This document shows positions 48,271-56,517 of a stretch of 64,000 bases of DNA, in pieces; positions within the stretch are counted from its first letter, which is position 1, and each line of letters begins with the position of its first letter. The position numbers and the translations under genes were made by a program. The stretch lies in assembly GCA_050916045.1 (NCBI GenBank), contig CP051526.1, forward strand, positions 2,464,001 through 2,528,000. The letters run 5' to 3'. The notes below the pieces were generated by a model. It did no database searches. It was not told the origin of the DNA and saw only the letters and a list, made by a program, of their open reading frames with translations. This DNA comes from Tepidisphaera sp. (lineage in GTDB: Bacteria > Planctomycetota > Phycisphaerae > Phycisphaerales > UBA1924).

Positions 48271-48292
48271 AGCGATCACCAGATTCGACGGC

Positions 48293-50443
48293 TTACGGCT
48301 TCACCCCAAGCTCCGCGCTCCGATTCGCGATCTCGGCCTTCACACCGGACACAAACGCCTCCATCGGCATCGCGCCAAGGTCCTTCTCGATCCCGCGGGC
48401 GCGGACGCTCACCGTGCCGGATTCCGCATCGCGCGGGCCCACGATCAGCATGTACGGCACCTTCTCATCCGCCGCGACCTTCACCTTCGCCTGGATGCGG
48501 TCGTTGCCGGTGTCCACGCTCACGCGGACATCCGCCGCCCGCAGGGCCGCCGCCACTTTCTCCGCGTACTCCGCGCTCTTCTCGCTGATGGGAAGCACGC
48601 GGACCTGCTCGGGGCTGAGCCACGTCGGGAACGCGCCCGCGAAGTGCTCGATGAGCACGCCGCAGAACCGCTCCATGCTGCCGAAGGGGGCGCGGTGGAT
48701 GACGACCGGGCGGTGCGGGGTGTTGTCCGGCCCGATGTACGAGAGGTCAAAGCGGTTGCCCATCTGATAATCGACCTGCACCGTGCCGAGCTGCCACTCG
48801 CGGCCGATGACGTCCTTGACGACAAAGTCGATCTTGGGGCCGTAGAACGCGGCTTCGCCCGGCTCTTCGCTGAACGCGACGCCGAGCGAGCGGGCCGCAT
48901 CGCGGCAGGCGGCTTCGGCTTTGTCCCAGCTCTCGGTGCTGCCGGTGTACTTGTTGCTGTCGGGGTCGCGGAGGCCGACGCGGACGCGGTAATCCTTCAT
49001 GCCCAGGATGTTGAAGATCGTCTTGACCAGCGAGAGGCACCCCTGGATCTCCGCCGGGATCTGCTCCTCGGTGCAGAAGAGGTGGGCGTCGTCCTGCGTG
49101 AAGCCGCGGACGCGGGTCATGCCGTTGAGCTCGCCCGACTGCTCCCAGCGGTAGACCGTGCCGAACTCGGCGAGGCGGACGGGCATGTCGCGGTAGCTGT
49201 GCGGAGCAGAGCCGAAGATCTTCGCGTGGTGCGGACAGTTCATCGGCTTGAGCATGAAGCCCTCGATGAGCTGGTCGTCGGGGAGAATGCGGTCCTTGGT
49301 GATCGTCTCGCGGCCGGTCCGCTCGTTGAGGCCCGAAGCCAGGCGTGCGGAGACACCCTCGACGCGGCGCATCATGTCCGCGCACGAGCAGCCGGAGGTG
49401 CAGAGGGCTTCGAGGGCGTTGCGCTCGACGATCGGGGCGAACTGCGAGTCCTTGTAGTACGGGAAGTGGCCCGAGGTCTTGTAAAGCTCGAGCGAACCGA
49501 TGTGGGGCGTGAAGACCTCGGTGTACCCCTGCTTCTTGAGCTCAGCGCCGATGAAGGTCTGAAGCTCCTTGCGGATGATCGAGCCCTTGGGGGTCCAGAG
49601 GATGAGGCCTTGGCCGACGGTCTCATCGATGTGGAACAAGCGGAGGGCTTTGCCGATGACGCGGTGGTCGCGTTTGGCGGCTTCCTCTTTTTGCTTGAGG
49701 TACTGATCGAGCTCGGCTTGCGTGGCAAAGGCGGTGCCGTAGACGCGGATGAGGCGGTCGGAGTTCTCATCGCCGTGCCAGTAGGCGGAGGCGAGGGAGG
49801 TCACGATCGCGGCACCGATGCGGCTTGTGGAGGGGACGTGGGGGCCGCGGCAGAGGTCTTCCCAGTTCTTGCCGGGTTCGCCGGTGGCGTAGAAGGAAAG
49901 CACGGGTGTCGAACCGGAGGCCGCCATGGCCCGCTCGGCGTTGTCGACCTTGTACTTGTTGCCCTCGGACTTGAGGCGTGAGAGCGCGGCGGTCCCCGGC
50001 TGCTCGTACCGGCAGAACTTCCGATCCTCCTTGATGATCTCCGCCATGCGGGCGTTGATCTTGTCGAACATGTCGGAGGAGAGCTTCTTCCCCTCGGGGA
50101 CGAACATGTCGTAGAAGAACCCGGTCTCGGTCGGGGGGCCGTAGGCGAGGAGGATGTCCTTGCCGGCGACGTCCTGGATCGCTTCGGCCATGACGTGGGC
50201 CGCGGAGTGGCGCATGAGCGTCAGGGCTTCGGGGCTGGTGGGCTGGCCGGGTTTGGCGGCGGTGATGATCGAGAGGTTCGCGTCCTTCTCGATCACGTAC
50301 GAGAGGTCCTTCGTCTCGCCGTCGACCTTGATGGCGAGAGCGGCTTTGGCGAGGCCGGCGCCGATGGAAGCGGCAACCTCAAGGCCGGAGACGGGCTTGT
50401 CGAAGGATTTGGTCTTGCCGTCGGGAAGGGTGATGGTGGGCAT
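48293..50443 (-). CDS. thrS: Threonine--tRNA ligase
   Basis: TGS domain, RHSAAHVMA, DLCRGPH, RDHR, KPMNCP, RVRGFTQDDAH, FYGPKID, HRAPFGSMERF. Confidence 0.98.
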   Translation of the reverse strand: MPTITLPDGKTKSFDKPVSGLEVAASIGAGLAKAALAIKVDGETKDLSYVIEKDANLSIITAAKPGQPTSPEALTLMRHSAAHVMAEAIQDVAGKDILLAYGPPTETGFFYDMFVPEGKKLSSDMFDKINARMAEIIKEDRKFCRYEQPGTAALSRLKSEGNKYKVDNAERAMAASGSTPVLSFYATGEPGKNWEDLCRGPHVPSTSRIGAAIVTSLASAYWHGDENSDRLIRVYGTAFATQAELDQYLKQKEEAAKRDHRVIGKALRLFHIDETVGQGLILWTPKGSIIRKELQTFIGAELKKQGYTEVFTPHIGSLELYKTSGHFPYYKDSQFAPIVERNALEALCTSGCSCADMMRRVEGVSARLASGLNERTGRETITKDRILPDDQLIEGFMLKPMNCPHHAKIFGSAPHSYRDMPVRLAEFGTVYRWEQSGELNGMTRVRGFTQDDAHLFCTEEQIPAEIQGCLSLVKTIFNILGMKDYRVRVGLRDPDSNKYTGSTESWDKAEAACRDAARSLGVAFSEEPGEAAFYGPKIDFVVKDVIGREWQLGTVQVDYQMGNRFDLSYIGPDNTPHRPVVIHRAPFGSMERFCGVLIEHFAGAFPTWLSPEQVRVLPISEKSAEYAEKVAAALRAADVRVSVDTGNDRIQAKVKVAADEKVPYMLIVGPRDAESGTVSVRARGIEKDLGAMPMEAFVSGVKAEIANRSAELGVKP

Positions 50444-50519
50444 GGGGAAAGTTCCAAAGGGTCAAAGGGCCAGGGGGCCAGATTCAAAGGGCCGAGGGGT
50501 CAGAGATGGGGGAGTGGAA

Positions 50520-50777
50520 TCAGGGTTGGATTGGGGCGGGGGGAGCGAAGCACTCGAGGCGGAAGCACTTGGGGCAGCGGTAAGAGAGGGTTTGGAGCGC
50601 ATCACCGGCTTGACGCATGCTGACCTCGGGGCTGAGCCAGCTGCCGGTGGGCTTGCCGGCGGACCAACGCTGGACGCGAGCACCGCTGTTGAGGTCGACC
50701 ATGAAGCCGAGTTCGAGGCCGAGACCGCAGTCGCGGCAGAGGGGCACGGGTTGGAGTGGCGAGGGATAGTTTGGCAT
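50520..50777 (-). CDS. Small double-CxxC zinc-ribbon protein (DUF6487-like)
   Basis: CRDCGLGLELGF...W..G...YRCPKC; SD GGAG before ATG 50777. Confidence 0.65.
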   Translation of the reverse strand: MPNYPSPLQPVPLCRDCGLGLELGFMVDLNSGARVQRWSAGKPTGSWLSPEVSMRQAGDALQTLSYRCPKCFRLECFAPPAPIQP

Positions 50778-51093
50778 GGCGATGGGGAACTCCAACGGAA
50801 GGATGGGCGAACCGGGTGGGCCAACGAAGAAGCCCAGCCGTTTGAACGGCTGGGCTTGGGAATGGTCGGTCAACGCGGGGCCAGCCTTGGCCCGCGAGGT
50901 CAGTGGTCGTTGGTCGTGGTCGTTCGAGCGGTCTTCATCGCGAGGAGGGTACCCCCGCCGCCGCCGGGAAGCCACTTTGGGGGCCCGCTGCAGGCCGCCG
51001 GGCCCGCTTGAGAAAAAAATCTCGCCTGCCGCAACCATTGCGGTTGACAGACGTATCGGCTTTCGATATATTGGCACTGGAAAGGTCCGCACC

Positions 51094-51471
51094 ATGCCCA
51101 AAGTCCCCGGCAACGACCACGCCCAGCTCGTCATCCTCTCTCTGCTTGAGAACGGGCCCATGTACGGGTACGCCATCAGCAAGGAGGTCAGCCGCAGGTC
51201 CGACGAGCAGCTCAGGCTCACGCCCGGCGTGCTTTATCCGATCCTCAAAGCCATGGAGGCCGACGGGCTCATCGCCGCCGAGTGGGAGGAGATCAAGTCC
51301 GACCGCCGAGACGACGAAGCCGGCGAGGGCCGCCGCCGCAAGTGGTACAAGCTCTCCGCCAAAGGTCGCAAACGCCTCACCAAGCAGGTCGAAGCCCACC
51401 GCGCGTGGCGATCGATCATCGATCTCTTCATCGCGCCCGCCCGCGAGCGTGAGCCGGGAGCCGAACGATGA
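51094..51471 (+). CDS. PadR family transcriptional regulator
   Basis: ILSLL..GPMYGYAI, GVLYPIL..ME.DGLI, RRRKWY.L...G. Confidence 0.93.
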   Translation: MPKVPGNDHAQLVILSLLENGPMYGYAISKEVSRRSDEQLRLTPGVLYPILKAMEADGLIAAEWEEIKSDRRDDEAGEGRRRKWYKLSAKGRKRLTKQVEAHRAWRSIIDLFIAPAREREPGAER

Positions 51472-52763
51472 ACCCACTCAGACTCGTCCAAGCCGATCCC
51501 GCCCCGACGGCCGTTCCGACCCGCGACGCGGACCCCGTGGAGTCCTGGCTTTCGCTGCTCATGCCGATGCTCGACGGGCCGGCCCGCGAGCGCGAGGGCG
51601 TCGTCGATGAGCTTCGTGACCACCTGACGCAGCGGGTCCGAGACCTGATGCTCGCCGGCGTCCGCGAAGCCGAAGCCGTCAATACCGCGATTTCCGAACT
51701 GGGCGACGCGTCCGCGTTCGCCCGTCAATGGTCGTCCGCACGTTCCGCACCGAAAAGGAGACTCATCATGGGTATCGCCGCAGGTTTCGCTGTCGCCGCT
51801 TCGCTTGGTATCACCGCCGCCGTCATGGTCCCGCCGCAAGGCGGAGAGCCGAACGAGAAGAAGCCCGTCCTCTCGTCCGCGTTCCAGCCCGCGAGCGGCG
51901 AGCCCGTCAAAGCCCTCGACGGGCTGCGTTTCAGCGCCCGAGCCGGCGACACCTGGGAGCAGTTCACCCGCGAGGTCGGTGAGCGGGCGAAGCTGCCCGT
52001 CGCGATCTCGTGGACCCAGCTTCAGGCTTTGCCCTCGCAAAGCTCGATGGGCACCGTGGAGCCGACGACGCAGCTTGGCGTTGACTTCGCCGAGATGAAG
52101 CTCTCCTCGGCTCTCAGGCTCCTGAACGAAGCTCGAGGGCTTCCGGCTGGAAGCGGCGTGGACACGCGCGTGATCGACGGGTGCCTGGTCTTCTCGACCG
52201 CTTCCGCGTTCGACAAAGCCGAGTCCGTGCTCGTCACCTACGACCTCACCTCCGTCCCCGACATCGACATCGGCGGGGAAGCCAGCACCGTCGAACAGAT
52301 CAAGAAGACCATCCAGACGCTCGTCGAGCCGAGCAACTGGGCCGAAGGCGGCAACGACATCGCGACGCTTTCGGAGGTCAACCGCAAGCTCTTCATCCGG
52401 GCTCCGCGGCGCATGCACGAGCAGATCGAATGGGTGCTCCGCGAGGTCAAGAACACGGGCAACCCCGCCGACGGCGAGTCTCAAGTGGGAGCCCTGCACG
52501 CGGTTCCCGACCGACCCGTCGCGGATGTGAGCCTTGCCGGATTCTCCGCGATCGGCCCCGCCTTTCGCGCCGTTTCGGCGGAGGGCGTGAAGTTCCGCGC
52601 CGTCCCGGTGCTCAGCGCGGTCCCGGTGATGAACCGGCTCTTCACCGCCGAGGAAGCCGCACCGCTCGTCATCCGCGCGACGGGCGGCGTGATCCGGATC
52701 ACCGCTCCCGACGGCACCAGCGTCGAAGCGGAAGAGCTCCGCGTGTCACCTGCGGAGAAGTGA
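51468..52763 (+). CDS. Membrane protein with N-terminal HAAS/permease-prefix-like domain and periplasmic secretin-N/STN-like domain
   Basis: ELRDHL...G..E.EA...AI.ELG....A, one TM, then YDL...IQTLVEP.NW....L.IRAP..HEQI; ATGA overlap with PadR. Confidence 0.65.
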   Translation: MNPLRLVQADPAPTAVPTRDADPVESWLSLLMPMLDGPAREREGVVDELRDHLTQRVRDLMLAGVREAEAVNTAISELGDASAFARQWSSARSAPKRRLIMGIAAGFAVAASLGITAAVMVPPQGGEPNEKKPVLSSAFQPASGEPVKALDGLRFSARAGDTWEQFTREVGERAKLPVAISWTQLQALPSQSSMGTVEPTTQLGVDFAEMKLSSALRLLNEARGLPAGSGVDTRVIDGCLVFSTASAFDKAESVLVTYDLTSVPDIDIGGEASTVEQIKKTIQTLVEPSNWAEGGNDIATLSEVNRKLFIRAPRRMHEQIEWVLREVKNTGNPADGESQVGALHAVPDRPVADVSLAGFSAIGPAFRAVSAEGVKFRAVPVLSAVPVMNRLFTAEEAAPLVIRATGGVIRITAPDGTSVEAEELRVSPAEK

Positions 52764-52849
52764 CTCCGCATGCAGGGCCTCCCGCTTGAGCGGTCTTGGT
52801 GTATCATCGATGCGAGAGAATCGCGTCATCGCACCGGGAGATTGACCGC

Positions 52850-53164
52850 ATGGGCTTTGATTCTGATCTTCGGTCGCTGATCCAGAACTTGCCGCGAACG
52901 GGCGGGGGAAGCGCGGGGGTCGGTCCCGCGGGGGTCCCGGTGGCAGGAGGATCCAGCCCGCTGGCAGACTCCGCGGAGGAGATGACCTTTGCCGCCGCCG
53001 AGAAGGCGGATCAGCGGTTGCAGCGGCGCAAGCTGCAACTGCAGACGCGAGGCCTTTCCGGCGCCGGTGCCTCCCAGGTCATCGCGGGCGAACCCGTCAG
53101 CAATCCGGTGGATGAGCTCATGGTCAGTCGGGCCCTGGGCAGGGCGCCGTCCCCGGGCGTCTGA
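52850..53164 (+). CDS. Small protein with T3SS gatekeeper (YopN/SctW)-like N-terminal motif
   Basis: GGGAG before ATG 52850; ADSAEEMTFAAAEKADQRLQRRKL segment. Confidence 0.55.
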   Translation: MGFDSDLRSLIQNLPRTGGGSAGVGPAGVPVAGGSSPLADSAEEMTFAAAEKADQRLQRRKLQLQTRGLSGAGASQVIAGEPVSNPVDELMVSRALGRAPSPGV

Positions 53165-53222
53165 AACCCGGGCGTGCGGCCGAGGATCCGCCGCGCCCGT
53201 CGCTTTGCGATATGATGCCCGC

Positions 53223-53711
53223 GTGATCTGCCCTTACTGCGATGCCGACAACGACAAGGTGATCGATAGCCGCGCCTCCGACGGCGGGAAGACGATCCGC
53301 CGCCGCCGCGAGTGCGTCGCGTGCGAGCGCCGCTTCACCACCTACGAACGCGTCGAGCAGACGCACCGCCTGATGGTCATCAAGCGGGACGGCACGCGCG
53401 AGCCCTTCGAGATCGAGAACGTCCTCCGCGGCATCGTCGCGGCGTGCGGCAAGCGGCCCATCCCCCAGGAAGCCCGCGAACGCGTCGCTTCCGAAGTCGA
53501 CGAGGAACTCCACCGCGAGTTCGAGCGCGAGGTCGAAAGCCGCAAGATCGGCGAACGCGTCGCGACCAAACTGAAGGACCTGGACGAGGTCGCGTACATC
53601 CGCTTCGCCAGCGAGTACTACCAGTTCAAGAACACGGATGAACTGCGGGCCGAGCTGGCCCTCCTCGACCAGCGGGTCAAGGACGTCAAGGAACAGCAGA
53701 AGCTGTTCTAG
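53223..53711 (+). CDS. nrdR: Transcriptional repressor NrdR
   Basis: CPYC....KVIDSR, IRRRRECVAC..RFTTYE, ATP cone, D.VAYIRFAS.Y. Confidence 0.97.
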   Translation: MICPYCDADNDKVIDSRASDGGKTIRRRRECVACERRFTTYERVEQTHRLMVIKRDGTREPFEIENVLRGIVAACGKRPIPQEARERVASEVDEELHREFEREVESRKIGERVATKLKDLDEVAYIRFASEYYQFKNTDELRAELALLDQRVKDVKEQQKLF

Positions 53712-53745
53712 ACCGGCTTCGCCGAAGCTTGAGTACACTGCGACC

Positions 53746-54342
53746 ATGGCGCGCGGCCGCAAGCGAATCTGGGTCGGAGGCGCCCTCCTCACCGTGGCGA
53801 GCGTGCTGGCAGGAGCGGTCATCGCATCGCGGTGGTATGGGTTGGGATGGTGGCGAGGTCGAGCGGACGTCAGCGGGGTTATTCGGTACGACTGGATCTC
53901 GTTGCGGTCAGGCCGCATCGTGGCTTGCTCACGCAGCGACATCATGAATTGGTTCATGCTGAACGGTCCAGAAGCGCAAAGTTGGCACTGGAAGAATCAA
54001 TGGCCGGATGGATGGGTGGGGCAACAAATCACAAACGGACCTTCGGCCGCTATGGAAATGGAAAGACGCGGCTATTCGGTCCGTGGCCTGCGGCGCTTCG
54101 CGTGGGTCTTCAGTGATCGTTCCGTGACCGCCGGTCTCTGGATAGTGGCTTGGCCCATTCCCTTCTGCATCGCGGCGGTCGGCGGTTTCACGCTTCATCG
54201 CGGGCTCCGCATCCGTCGACGGCACAGCGCCGGGAAGTGCCGAAACTGCGGCTACGACCTCAACGCGACTCCGCAGGGCAAGCCCTGCCCGGAATGCGGC
54301 ATGCGAGACTCGAAACTCGCCACGGAGAGGCAAGCCAACTGA
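53746..54342 (+). CDS. Membrane protein with C-terminal zinc ribbon
   Basis: N- and C-terminal TM, RRR..GKCRNCGYDL....CPECG. Confidence 0.7.
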   Translation: MARGRKRIWVGGALLTVASVLAGAVIASRWYGLGWWRGRADVSGVIRYDWISLRSGRIVACSRSDIMNWFMLNGPEAQSWHWKNQWPDGWVGQQITNGPSAAMEMERRGYSVRGLRRFAWVFSDRSVTAGLWIVAWPIPFCIAAVGGFTLHRGLRIRRRHSAGKCRNCGYDLNATPQGKPCPECGMRDSKLATERQAN

Positions 54343-54351
54343 GCAGCACCC

Positions 54352-55533
54352 TCAGAAATTCCGCGCCGTGCTGCTCTCGCGCACCACGAGCCGCGTCGCC
54401 AGCCGCGTGCAGATCGTCTCGCCCGTCCGGTCCTCGATCCGCCGCACCAGCAGCCTGACCGCCATCGCGCCCATGTCCTTCATCGGGAGCGACACCGTCG
54501 ACATGTTCGGCCGCACGATCCGCGAAAGCTGCGAATCGTTGAACCCGACGATCCGGAGCTGATCGGGGATCTTGATCCCCGCATCTTCCGCCGCCTGCAT
54601 GATCCCCACGGCGATCTTGTCGTTGGCCGCGAGCACGCCCACGCACCCATTGGAGCCGCCCAGCTTCTTCTTCCCGATCATCCGGATCCCCCACTCCTTG
54701 CCCCACGCGATCGAGTAGTCGCCGAGCGTCACCTGGTCGCCGACGGGAGCCCCGCCGGAAGCCCCGAGCAACGCCGCGGAGAACGCCCGGGCCCGCTCGA
54801 TGGTGTCGAAGTTCCCCTTGGGCCCGCCGACGAAGTACAGGTTGGTCGGCTCAACCCAGCGGAGGAGGTGCTCGACGGCTTCGCGGGTGCCGCGGTCGTT
54901 GTCGAGGATGACGCTGTCGAGGCCCTTGCCGGAAAGATCGGTATCGATCACGACCGTCGGCAAGCCCGTCGACAGGACATCCTGCGCGAGGTGGTCCTCG
55001 GTCTCGGTGATGACCACGAGCAGGGCATCGATCAGGTTGGACCCCACGATGTGCCGACGGGCGTGCCCATCATCGCTGGTCGCGATGGTCGTCATCATGA
55101 GGTGGTACCCGAGCCGGGCCGCTTCCTCATCCGCCCCGTGCAGGAGCCACGTCATGAACTCCCCGTGGAAGCGCGGCAGAGCGAGCCCGATCACGTGGCT
55201 CTCGCGCGAGCTGAGCACCTGCGCGAGCGGGTTGGGCACGTACCCCATCTGGGCGATGACCTTCCGCACCTTGGCGAGCGTCCCCGGCGCGACGGTCGTC
55301 GGCTTGTTCACGACGCGGCTGACGGTCGCGATCGACACATTCGCCGCGGCCGCGACATCGCGGATGGAAACACTGCCGCCCCCACCACCCCCACCACCCC
55401 CACCATTGCCCTGCACCGGGAGCGCAGCGTTCTCGCCCGCGAGCGGCTGCTCGCCCGGAGCGGCGTTCGTTACGGATGCAGCGGATGTGAGGGGTGTCGT
55501 GGCGGGCGTGATTGCGTGGGGGTGCTTCTTCAC
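54352..55533 (-). CDS. LacI family transcriptional regulator
   Basis: SIRDVAAAANVSIATVSRVVN HTH, Y.PN..A hinge, ND..A.G, IPDQLRIVGFND; start uncertain. Confidence 0.95.
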   Translation of the reverse strand: MKKHPHAITPATTPLTSAASVTNAAPGEQPLAGENAALPVQGNGGGGGGGGGGSVSIRDVAAAANVSIATVSRVVNKPTTVAPGTLAKVRKVIAQMGYVPNPLAQVLSSRESHVIGLALPRFHGEFMTWLLHGADEEAARLGYHLMMTTIATSDDGHARRHIVGSNLIDALLVVITETEDHLAQDVLSTGLPTVVIDTDLSGKGLDSVILDNDRGTREAVEHLLRWVEPTNLYFVGGPKGNFDTIERARAFSAALLGASGGAPVGDQVTLGDYSIAWGKEWGIRMIGKKKLGGSNGCVGVLAANDKIAVGIMQAAEDAGIKIPDQLRIVGFNDSQLSRIVRPNMSTVSLPMKDMGAMAVRLLVRRIEDRTGETICTRLATRLVVRESSTARNF

Positions 55534-55609
55534 GGACGAAACGGTAGCGACCCGTCAAGTCCAGGAGCCCGAGTCTTCCGATGTTTTCGCGAAGTCGCCG
55601 CATCGTGCG

Positions 55610-55624
55610 TGTAAACGGTTTTGC
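55610..55624. promoter_or_regulatory. Putative LacI-type operator (autoregulatory)
   Basis: TGTAAACGGTTTTGC imperfect palindrome about 80 bp upstream of the LacI gene. Confidence 0.4.
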
Positions 55625-55654
55625 GGTGCGGTCACAGTATCTTCTTCTACTTGC

Positions 55655-56398
55655 TTAGCACCCCGCTTCGAACGCCGCGACGAACGCGTCAAAGTCGAAG
55701 AAGTCCACGAAGTCGTCGCCGTTGAAGTCCGCGCTCCCCCCGCCGCACTCGCCCGTCTCAAAGCACGTGACGTAATCGAGGAAGTCAAAGAAGTCCAGGA
55801 ACCCGTCCCCGTTGAAATCCGCAGCGCAACCCGAGCCCCGCTCCAGCACGACCGCGTCGAAGTTCACCTGCGCGCCCGCGCACGAAAGCGTGATCACCAG
55901 CGGCAGACCGCTCGGCGTTCCCGAAGGCACCGTCCCCGTCACCCGGTAGACGCCCCACTGACCCCCGGCCGGGGCATCGGCGAGCAGAATCACCCGCCGA
56001 GCGATCGTCACCCGGGCATCGCCCGTCCCGGCTTCGAGCAGGAGCGTCGTGTCGCGATACGGGCAGCACGGGTTGGTCCGACGGCCGACGGCGACCGTCA
56101 GCGTGTACGCCGCGCCCGGGATCGCCGCGGTCGTCAGTTCCTGCCGAACCAGCCCGCCGTTGCTGTACGCGATGGTCGAGCCTTCGTAAGGGGTGATGTC
56201 CCAGCAGCTCCCCGGCCTCCACGGGCCGGCCCCGCTCGGGATCACTGTCCACGCCGAATTGACAAACCCGTCGCGAAACGCGCAGGGCTGGGGGGGCGTG
56301 GCTTCAAACCCGGGATCGTCGATGGCGATCGGCTGGGCGGACGCCGATGCGGCGAGACAGACGGCGGGAAGAACGAACGAGGCGAACGGATGCTTCAT
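55655..56398 (-). CDS. Secreted jelly-roll/CBM-like protein with GC-type dockerin tail
   Basis: Signal ..SASAQ, DPGFE...W...YTLTV.VGRR...FDAV, tail CAADFNGDGFLDFFDF...FEAGC. Confidence 0.8.
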   Translation of the reverse strand: MKHPFASFVLPAVCLAASASAQPIAIDDPGFEATPPQPCAFRDGFVNSAWTVIPSGAGPWRPGSCWDITPYEGSTIAYSNGGLVRQELTTAAIPGAAYTLTVAVGRRTNPCCPYRDTTLLLEAGTGDARVTIARRVILLADAPAGGQWGVYRVTGTVPSGTPSGLPLVITLSCAGAQVNFDAVVLERGSGCAADFNGDGFLDFFDFLDYVTCFETGECGGGSADFNGDDFVDFFDFDAFVAAFEAGC

Positions 56399-56517
56399 GG
56401 CTTGGTTCCTTGAGAACGCACCATGACAGCGCGGCCGACCGGCGGCGCGTCCGACGATTCTCCGCGCCGGTGGCCCCGAACGGAGATCGCCGGCAGCTCC
56501 CAAGCTGTCCGCCAACC

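Noticed and set aside
55376..55404. Poly-Gly codon run in the LacI N-terminal extension as a phase-variable tract
   Set aside because: In-frame mixed GGT/GGG/GGC codons in a disordered linker; no evidence for frameshifting
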